A DNA stretch of 64,000 bases from Amoebophrya sp. A120 (taxonomy: Eukaryota > Protista > Dinoflagellata): the NCBI GenBank assembly GCA_905178155.1, contig CAJINV010000010.1:1926636-1990635 (forward strand), given 5' to 3'. Numbering within the stretch: position 1 is the stretch's first letter; the number at the start of each line of letters is the position of its first letter. A model generated the notes under the pieces. It had not been told where the DNA came from, did no database searches, and saw only the letters and a list, made by a program, of their open reading frames with translations. Both the position numbers and the translations under genes were made by a program. Shown here in pieces: positions 49,801-60,200 of this stretch.

Positions 49801-51771
49801 CCTGTAGTACCAGTGCCCAACTTTGTCAACCTCGGTAAATCCACATTCGCGATTTTCTGTGCCGCATCCAAAACACTCTGCACCCTCCTCCGGTACTGCT
49901 TCGCCTTGATATCCATGATCCTCATCGAGTTTTGGAAAGCGTCCATCGCTTTATTGTAAACCACTTCCATCCGCGCCGCCTCGTTCTGCGCCCGCTGCAC
50001 GTAGCTCATGTCAAACACGGACTGCCACAATTCGGAGAAAAAATTTTTCGCGTCCGCTTGCACTTCCTCGTCGAACAAGGGGCTCTTCACGGGCACGATC
50101 TTGCAGCTGTTGGACTGCTCGCTGTAGCGACACAGGTAGTCTCCGAACGCTTTCCCTTCGTCGGTGTGCTTCGCGTTCGCGCTTAACCGTTCGACATTCA
50201 TGCATATCCGGTACCGCCGGGCAATCTCGGCATCCGTGGTTGAGGAGGTGAAAACGATCTCGTCGCAGGGTCGGGGCAGACACACCTCCTCCCCCCGCTT
50301 CTTTGCGTGCTCCTCGCCGGAAAGCGAGTAGCCTTCGTAGTACCATTTCGGTGCGTTAAACCCGTCTCTTTCGGTAAGTCGACAGACGTCGTTTGGCTCG
50401 CAAATGTTGCCCGCGTTATTGTCGCCTTGGTTGGTTTTGATAGGTGCGCACACGATTGGCACGGATATGTGGTTGCTGTACCTTTCAATCTTGTTATTTG
50501 CATTTCGCAACTCCTCTAAAAGCGGAGGGACTTTGTCCGGACAGGCGACGGACTTTTGGAAACCGGACTTTACGCAATACGCTTGGGGAGACTCGAACTC
50601 CTGCAGCCGGATTGACGAACCGACTTCAATTTCTTGCGGAACAGCGGGTGTAGTTTCATTTTGTTGATCCTGTTCCGCCGAGGGAGCTGTAGCGTCCTCG
50701 CCGTCTCCTGCCCCACCCGAGGGAGACGGATCATCTACTTCTGGAGTCGGTGCTGGTGGCTCCGGATCTACCGGTTGTCGCTCCTGTTCCGACGAAGATT
50801 TGCTATCGTCATCTGGTGCGCCACCACCTTCGTCTGCTGGTGATGGCGCCGGCCCTGGATTATCAGCTCCTTCAGGCGCTGGTGCTGGCTCGCTTGGTCG
50901 TTGTGACTCCGTTTCAGCATCTGCCCCACTGGCAGCGCCGCCGTCCTCTGCGCTTTTCTCATCTGCTGGTGTTGTTCCCGCCTCGTCAGAAGGTGCAGCA
51001 GGCTCCGCCGCTTTCTCGTCTTGTTCTTTCGGCTCTTCCGCCTCTCCTGCATCTTCATTCGTGGTCGTTTCAGGCGTAGCAGGAGTTGTACCACCATCAC
51101 TGTCTTGGGACGGATATCCCGTGCAAAAGTATCGCACTCGTACTAATCGCAACTATGCATGACAAATCTCTCCTATCTCAACCTCAAGGTAACTCAGCAT
51201 GACAAATTTCATCTGTAGTCGTGCTGAGCAAGTTTGTAATGCAATTTCCACTAGTACGATGCTTTTGTAAGTCATAACGGAGCGCCGTCCTCTCCGTCTT
51301 CCTTCCTTTCCGCTTCCTCCTTTTCGGTCGTGGCGTATCCAAGAAAAAAACGTAGTTAGTGTAAATTTGTGATGCGCAACATTCAAGATGATTGCGTCTG
51401 TCATGCTTGGCATGCATCGCAGGGTCCATTAAAGGGCGTTTTCACGTACTATCTGCGCATGACAGGTTTTTGCTGTCATGCCAGACAGATTTGTAATGCT
51501 GTTCCTCCAAAAAAGTTACACCTACAATGTTTTTTGTCTTGGATATGGTGGCTGCTTCCTGAACACTGGGTGTGTTGGAGTGTTCTGTATCTCCGTCTTT
51601 TGCCCGTTGTTCGTAGAGCTCCTTGTCGAAAGCGTCCTCCTCTCTAGATAGGTACTGCCTTGCGTCGGCCGCGCCTGGAAAATGGGTGGTGACGTAGAGG
51701 AGACACACACGACGTAGGGTCTTTACGTTTATGGTGATGAAAATGAAAAAGTTCCAAAAATGCACTTTCAT
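46832..51771 (-). CDS. Large acidic, Pro/Ala-rich protein with Cys-rich central domain and coiled-coil C-terminus; possibly secreted or surface
   Basis: ORFs 49332-51152, 48200-48628 and 46832-47545 linked across 7 introners; hydrophobic N-terminus; His/Glu tract at about 48470-48600. Confidence 0.7.
47521..47684. mobile_element. Introner family A
   Basis: TSD ttcct/ttcct. Confidence 0.9.
47779..47927. mobile_element. Introner family A
   Basis: TSD tctgt/tctgc. Confidence 0.92.
48089..48248. mobile_element. Introner family C
   Basis: Homologous to 11992-12142; TSD gccgg/gccgg. Confidence 0.92.
48778..49084. mobile_element. Introner family F
   Basis: ~44-bp imperfect TIR TATGGATGTGTCAGAGTTGAAATCGACAAAGTTGAAATAATTTG; TSD cttgt/cttgt. 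Confidence 0.92.
49128..49390. mobile_element. Introner family B
   Basis: TSD cggta/cggta. Confidence 0.92.
51115..51276. mobile_element. Introner family A
   Basis: TSD acgga/acgga. Confidence 0.92.
51336..51545. mobile_element. Introner, single-copy TIR family J
   Basis: TATCCAAGAAAAAAAC...GTTTTTTGTCTTGGATA; TSD tggcg/tggtg. Confidence 0.88.
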
Positions 51772-52435
51772 ATTGTACGTAGAAGCGAATTAAAAACTTC
51801 AGCGGTAGGAGAACAAGCGTAGGAAAAACGTATTGCGCAGCTATTTTTACGGTCGCGGCCGCAAGAGGGATTATCATTATGAATGTTCATCTTCATCTTC
51901 GACAATAAACGACAACACTTTTTGAAGAAGAGAATCGGCACGGTAATCTATCATCCTTCCCGTCGTGACCGAATTTTGCCTGACCGACCTCGAGAGGAGA
52001 TCTTGTGAAGATCATGCGCTCCTTCGCGGTTGTCGTCACACATTGAACCACGGCGGCCGCGGCGCTGTTGTATGAAGATCAAAAAACGCAGAGACACACA
52101 CAAACGAATAGACGAGAGCAGCTGCAGCAGCAGATGTTGGCACAACTTTTACTTTTTGTCGTGTACGTACGATTTTTGCTACTCAGTATGGCACGACTTC
52201 TAGACCAAAGTCAAAAAGTGACTCGGGTTCTCGTTTCGTATCGTTTTGTTTCCAGCAAGCGGACGTTTTCTTTTTCACGCGATAATATTACTTCGATCGT
52301 TCTTTCGTATTGGCATTTCGAAATACACTTCCATTTGGATTTCTAAATCCTTGTGCTAAAATTTCTATGTACGATGTTAAAAATTCAAACTTTCCCTCGG
52401 CAGGATGAAAGCGTGCAGATCATGAAGCGACGGTC

Positions 52436-55400
52436 TCAGATTTGATTCGCCGCCGCGGCCGCCGTGGCAGAGGCAGTGGCCCGCGCAGAAGTTGCGCCGT
52501 TGGAGGTGGTACTACCTTGATGGCCTAGTTGTTGCCCGGCAGTAGGGGCCGCAACTGGGGGCGGGGGCGGCAGGATGAGGATCTCCTCGACATTCGGAAA
52601 CTGGAGATGTTGTAGTTCTTGGGCGTGTCTGTCTTGCTGATCCTGCATCACAACCTCTTCCCCTGTTTCTTGTCCAGTAGGGCTACTACTACTTCCTTCA
52701 GCAACCTCAAACACAAACTGGTTCAAATCGAATCGCCCCGGCTTCGTGAAGTGTGCGGCCAGGGCGATTTTCTCCACATTGCCAGGGTACAAGACACACT
52801 TGACATCCGCGAACCCGATGTATTCGAAATCAAAATTATTGCTCGCCAACTTCACCGTGACGTGCAGTGCGTGAGCATTTGCTGGTGCTACACCCGGCGC
52901 CTGGTTTCCAACTGTAGTAGTTGCTCGGCCGGTAGAACTTCTTCGCGGCAGTGCTGGCAAGTTGCAGTTTTGTAGGAGCAAGAAAATATCCGACAGCACC
53001 AGTCCTCCGAGCTCGAAGGCCGCCTGCTGGGGAGCGGAAATGGCCATGCGGAGTTTCGGCTTTGCATTCTCGTTTCCCCCAGAGGAGGTCGACGACGAAG
53101 TGTAGAAATTGTGCAGAAAGAAGTCCCCACAGCGGATCCGCTGCGGTAAAACGGCTTGGTTTGCGTGTTCACGCGCCCCACTAGAGGAGCTCTGCTGGCT
53201 GTAGTGTTCCCATTCGCCGCACAGGGAAACGGAAAGCAGTTCGCGGAATGCAGCGGTTCTAGTAGTTTTCGATCTGTTTGCATGTGACGATGCGACGACG
53301 TCGTGGAGAAAGCGTTGTCGCCCCTCGGCCCACCCGGTTTTCAGCCCTACTGGATGAGCGCCGTCAACACTAGTCATAGCAGAAGCGCTGTTAGGCTCCT
53401 GATCGTGATCCAACCCCTGCCCGCCACTGACGAGAAGTTTTTCCAGTTTGTCCGCTATCGTAGGTATCGTGTACGCGAAGTAGCCCTCTTGGAGACTTTT
53501 TGTCAGGGGCAACTCGAAAAGCGCTTCGTGGTGGGTTGTTTCGGTGGAGGAGGTGGATCGACGCAGGTTTTTAGGATCATCGAGAGGATTATCGTTGTTG
53601 TTCATCATTATCGATTTCGACGCATAGGATTGAAGTTTCAAAAAAACGCGACCTTGTCGGAAATGCGGTTTGCTTTTCTTCGAGGAGGAAGACGGCGCTG
53701 CTTTGTTGTCCTGCGTTTTCGATTGAACTGGATCTAATCAGAATCAATTTCATAAAATCCAACCGCCTTGTCAAACTTTTCATTCCAAGCGCGAGCGAAT
53801 ATTGCTACGATTCACGAAAAAAATACATCTTTGCGTGACGGTTGCAAAAGCTGCAAGTCGGGTATTGTCGGCTGTGAGACTATGTGCGTGTGCGTGTGCG
53901 AGTGTGCTTGCACATTTGCACATTTGCACACGCACACGCACACGCACACGCACACGCACACGCACACGCACACGCACACGCACACGCACACGCACACGCA
54001 CACGCACACGCACACGCACACGCACACGCACACGCACACGCACACGCACACGCACACGCACACGCACACGCACACGCACACGCACACGCACACGCACACG
54101 CACACGCACACGCACACGCACACGCACACGCACACGCACACGCACACGCACACGCACACGCACACGCACACGCACACGCACACGCACACGCACACGCACA
54201 CGCACACGCACACGCACACGCACACGCACACGCACACGCACACGCACACGCACACGCACACGCACACGCACACGCACACGCACACGCACACGCACACGCA
54301 CACGCACACGCACACGCACACGCACACGCACACGCACACGCACACGCACACGCACACGCACACGCACACGCACACGCACACGCACACGCACACGCACACG
54401 CACACGCACACGCACACGCACACGCACACGCACACGCACACGCACACGCACACGCACACGCACACGCACACGCACACGCACACGCACACGCACACGCACA
54501 CGCACACGCACACGCACACGCACACGCACACGCACACGCACACGCACACGCACACGCACACGCACACGCACACGCACACGCACACGCACACGCACACGCA
54601 CACGCACACGCACACGCACACGCACACGCACACGCACACGCACACGCACACGCACACGCACACGCACACGCACACGCACACGCACACGCACACGCACACG
54701 CACACGCACACGCACACGCACACGCACACGCACACGCACACGCACACGCACACGCACACGCACACGCACACGCACACGCACACGCACACGCACACGCACA
54801 CGCACACGCACACGCACACGCACACGCACACGCACACGCACACGCACACGCACACGCACACGCACACGCACACGCACACGCACACGCACACGCACACGCA
54901 CACGCACACGCACACGCACACGCACACGCACACGCACACGCACACGCACACGCACACGCACACGCACACGCACACGCACACGCACACGCACACGCACACG
55001 CACACGCACACGCACACGCACACGCACACGCACACGCACACGCACACGCACACGCACACGCACACGCACACGCACACGCACACGCACACGCACACGCACA
55101 CGCACACGCACACGCACACGCACACGCACACGCACACGCACACGCACACGCACACGCACACGCACACGCACACGCACACGCACACGCACACGCACACGCA
55201 CACGCACACGCACACGCACACGCACACGCACACGCACACGCACACGCACACGCACACGCACACGCACACGCACACGCACACGCACACGCACACGCACACG
55301 CACACGCACACGCACACGCACACGCACACGCACACGCACACGCACACGCACACGCACACGCACACGCACACGCACACGCACACGCACACGCACACGCACA

Positions 55401-57190
55401 CGCACACGCACACGCACACGCACACGCACACGCACACGCACACGCACACGCACACGCACACGCACACGCACACGCACACGCACACGCACACGCACACGCA
55501 CACGCACACGCACACGCACACGCACACGCACACGCACACGCACACGCACACGCACACGCACACGCACACGCACACGCACACGCACACGCACACGCACACG
55601 CACACGCACACGCACACGCACACGCACACGCACACGCACACGCACACGCACACGCACACGCACACGCACACGCACACGCACACGCACACGCACACGCACA
55701 CGCACACGCACACGCACACGCACACGCACACGCACACGCACACGCACACGCACACGCACACGCACACGCACACGCACACGCACACGCACACGCACACGCA
55801 CACGCACACGCACACGCACACGCACACGCACACGCACACGCACACGCACACGCACACGCACACGCACACGCACACGCACACGCACACGCACACGCACACG
55901 CACACGCACACGCACACGCACACGCACACGCACACGCACACGCACACGCACACGCACACGCACACGCACACGCACACGCACACGCACACGCACACGCACA
56001 CGCACACGCACACGCACACGCACACGCACACGCACACGCACACGCACACGCACACGCACACGCACACGCACACGCACACGCACACGCACACGCACACGCA
56101 CACGCACACGCACACGCACACGCACACGCACACGCACACGCACACGCACACGCACACGCACACGCACACGCACACGCACACGCACACGCACACGCACACG
56201 CACACGCACACGCACACGCACACGCACACGCACACGCACACGCACACGCACACGCACACGCACACGCACACGCACACGCACACGCACACGCACACGCACA
56301 CGCACACGCACACGCACACGCACACGCACACGCACACGCACACGCACACGCACACGCACACGCACACGCACACGCACACGCACACGCACACGCACACGCA
56401 CACGCACACGCACACGCACACGCACACGCACACGCACACGCACACGCACACGCACACGCACACGCACACGCACACGCACACGCACACGCACACGCACACG
56501 CACACGCACACGCACACGCACACGCACACGCACACGCACACGCACACGCACACGCACACGCACACGCGCACGCGCAGGCGCATCGCGTGTGCGCACAGCT
56601 GTGCGGGTGCACTCGCACACGCACACGCACATCGCGTGTGCGCACAGCTGTGAGGTTGCACTCACACTCGCACATGCACACGCACACGCACCTCGCGCGT
56701 GCGCACAGCTGTGAGGTTGCACTCGCACACGCACACGCACATTGTGTGCGCGCACAGCTGGTGTGAGGTTGCACTCGCGCACGCACATGCACATGCACAC
56801 GCACACGCACACGCACACGCACCTCGCGTGTGCGCACAGTTGGGAGGTTGCACTCGCACACGCACACGCACACGCCCCTCGCGTGTACGCACAGCTGGGA
56901 GGTTGCACTCGCACACGCACACGCACATCCTCGCGCGTGCGCACAGCTGTGAGGTTGCACTCGCACTCGCACTCGCGCACGCACATGCACACGCGCCTCG
57001 CGTGTGCGCACAGCTGTGAGGTTGCACTCGCACACGCACATTGTGTGTGCGCACAGCTTTGAGGTTGCACTTGCACTCGCACACGCACATGCGCACGCGC
57101 CTCGCGTGTGCGCACAGTTGGGAGGTTGCACACGCACACGCACACGCACACGCACGACCTCGCGCGTGCGCACAGCTGTGAGGTTGCATT

Positions 57191-57221
<31 letters not shown>

Positions 57222-60200
57222 GCGCCTCGCGTGTGCGCGTAGCTGTGGGGTTGCACTCGCACACGCACACGCACGACATTGTGTGCGCGCACAGCTGTGA
57301 GGTTGCACTCGCACACAGCAGAGCAGGATCGGGAACCTGAAACATCTGAGCAAGTTGCACTCCGCCCTTGACAGCTTGGTCGAGGACGTGCGTCACCGCC
57401 CCGCCCACCTCGAAGTGGGCGGGGCAGTAATAGCAAGGTCTGGCTCCGGTCGAGGACGTGTGTCACCGCCCCGCCCACCTCGAAGTGGGTGGGGCGGTGA
57501 CAGCAAGGTCTGGCTTTGGTAGCGGACGACGTGTGTCACCGCCCCGCCCACCTCGAAGTTGGCGGGGCGGTGACAGCGAGGTCTGGTCGAGGTGCGTGTA
57601 ACCGCCCCGCCCACCTCGAACGAAGTGGGCGGGGCGGTGACAGCAAGGCGTGGCTCTGGTCGAGGACGTGTGTCACCGCTCCGCCCACCTCAAAGTGGGC
57701 GGGGCGGCAACGGCGAGGTCGGGTCGACGACGTTTGGCACCGCCCCGTCCGCCTCGATGAAGTGGGCGGGGCGGGGCGGGGCGGTAACAGCGAGGTCTGG
57801 CCGCACAGGCAGGCGGGGCGGTGACAGCGAGGTGTGGTTCTGGTCGAGGACGTGTGTCACCGCCCCGCCCACCTCGAAGTGGGTGCTGCGCGCGGTGACA
57901 GCCAGGCGCATGTCTAGTCGGGGACGCGTGCCACCGCCCCGGCCGCCTCGAGGTGGGCGGGGCGGCAACAGCGAGGTTCGGTCGAGGACGTGTGTCACCG
58001 CCCCGCTCACCTCGAAGTGGGCGGAGCGGTGACAGCAAGGCGCATGTCTGGTCGAGGACGTGTGCCACCGCCCCGGCCGCCTCGAAGTGGGCGGGGCGGT
58101 AACAGCGAGGTCTGGTCGAGGACGTGTGTCACCGCCCCGCGCACCTCGAAGTGGGCGGGGCGGTAATAGCGACGTCTGGTCGAGGACGTGCGTCACCGCC
58201 CCGCCCACCTCGAAGTGGGCGGGGCGGTAACAGCCAGGTCTGGCTCTGGTCGAAGACGTGTGTCACCGCCCCGCCCACCTCGAAGTGGGTGGGGCGGTGA
58301 CAGCGAGGTCTGGTCGAGGTGTGTGTCACCGCCCCGCCCACCTCGAAGGGGGCGGGGCGGTGACAGCCAGGTGCATGTCTGGTCGAGGACGCGCGTCACC
58401 GCCCCGGCCGCCTCGCGGTTGGCGGGGCGGCAACAGCGAGGCTCGGTCGAGGACGTGCGTCGCCGCCCCGCTCACCGTGAAGTGGGCGGGGCCGGTGACA
58501 GCAAGGCGCATGTCTGGTCGAGGACGTGTGTCACCGCCCCGGCCGCCTCGAAGTGAGCGGGGCGGTAACAGCGAGGTCTGGTCGAGGACGTGTGTCACCG
58601 CCCCGCCCACCTCGAAGTGGGCGGGGCGGTAACAGCCAGGTCTGGCTCTGGTCGAGGACGTGTGTCACCGCCCCGCCCACCTCGAAGTGGGTGTGGGCGG
58701 GGCGGTGACAGCGAGGTCTGGCTTTGGTAAAGACGAGTTGTGTCACCGCCCCGCCCACCTCGAAGTGGGCGGGGCGGTAAGTAGCAGCGAGGTTGTCTGG
58801 TCGAGGACGTGTGTCACCGCCGCGCCCGCTTCGAGGTGCGCTAGTGCAATTGCGACGCCGCTCGTACTTGCGCTTGCGCTCCTTGCACGAGGTGCACGCG
58901 CGAGGCGCACCCGCGAGGTGCGTGTGCGTGTGCGTGTGCGTGTGCATGCGGGCACACGCGCGCCACACTTGTGCACGTGCGAGGTGCAAGTGCGTGTGCA
59001 CGTGCGAGGGCGGCGCGCAAGTGATGTGCGGCGTGCGTGTGCGTGTGCGAGTGCGCCATCCAGCTGCGCCGTGCGTGTGCGAGTCAAATGTGCACATTTT
59101 GCACCTGCACTCGCACACGCACACGCACCAGTCTCACAGCTGACGATGTTTTGCAAGTCACGCCGCTGGTAAGCGTAGGTTACAAACTGTTTACAGAATA
59201 CAGCACAACGTGCAGAATTATTTTTTATCAAAATGTTCACACATCAGCATCGTTTGTGGCACCATGCGGATTGCACTTTTTTCATTCAAACCAAGAAAAA
59301 AAAACAGTTGAAATTTTTGATTGAGCGTATATTGTGCAAACGAACAATAAGTACCTCCAGCTGCACCCGCAGCAGTAGCTCCAGTTCGTTCTCCTTGAAA
59401 CTTGGTTCTATCGCCGCGTCGACCCGGAATCTGCTGGGACAGAAGATTCGTTTTTTTGCACACGAGAAAGAATGATGGTAGTGTTGTTGATGTAATGTTG
59501 AAACTACCGGTTCATCATGGCTATGGTTTCTTGCCGTTGCTCCAGCACGACCACTTGTTGTTTTTGCGACCACCGCCAAAACACACACTTTTACATCCCC
59601 GTCCTCGCAACTCCCTCGTAACATGACCGGCAAGCAAAGCGTTTTCCTCTGGTGTTGGATCTGAATCCCGGCGAAAGAGCCAACCTGGTGCAGCAGAGTC
59701 AGAGACGAATCTTTCGTCAAACTCTCCGCTGTGGAGGACTCCCCAGCACTCCCGTCGGCATGGTTGATGTTTGCGTCCGACAAATCAAAACCCCCGTGGA
59801 GGTCGTCAGATAAAAATCCACCTCCTGCGCTGTTATTTTCAAAAACGTGCTCGTACACGCAAGTGTTGGTTTCCGCGAAGGAAATATTGTTCGCATTTAG
59901 GTTGTTGTTGAAGTTGATGTTGACTCCAGCAGAAGTAGTGCCACTTGATGTAATAATTTTTCTATTTGTTCCGTACGTTGCCACGACGAAAATCTTCCGC
60001 ACGTTCCAACTGCACTCCACCTTCACGACACCCGTCGCAGACTCGCCGGCGATCAAAGAGCTGGGGAAATCTTCCAGCTCCACCAGCACCGTCGGTTTTT
60101 CGGGCTGGATTTGAAGAAACAGTCGGTGGTCGGCGAGGTATTTCGGTAGTTCTTGTTGTCCGCGTACAAGGTGCTCTCGTTCCTCGAGATAATTGGACCG

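Larger units (their letters stand above)
53833..59163. mobile_element. Inverted-repeat-bounded, satellite-filled (foldback-like) element in an intron
   Basis: Left ATTGTCGGCTGTGAGACTATGTGCGTGTGCGTGTGCGAGTG matches the reverse complement of the right end (about 59108-59147); outer GCGTGAC..TTGCAAAA also inverted; TSD unclear. Confidence 0.65.

Noticed and set aside
53768-57478. Six ~950-1230 aa dipeptide-repeat ORFs (HT, RT, AH, VR, VC, CA)
   Set aside because: Artefacts of a stop-free hexamer repeat that is open in all frames.
57377-58835. CRISPR array
   Set aside because: Palindromic repeats but no unique spacers, no cas genes and a eukaryotic context.
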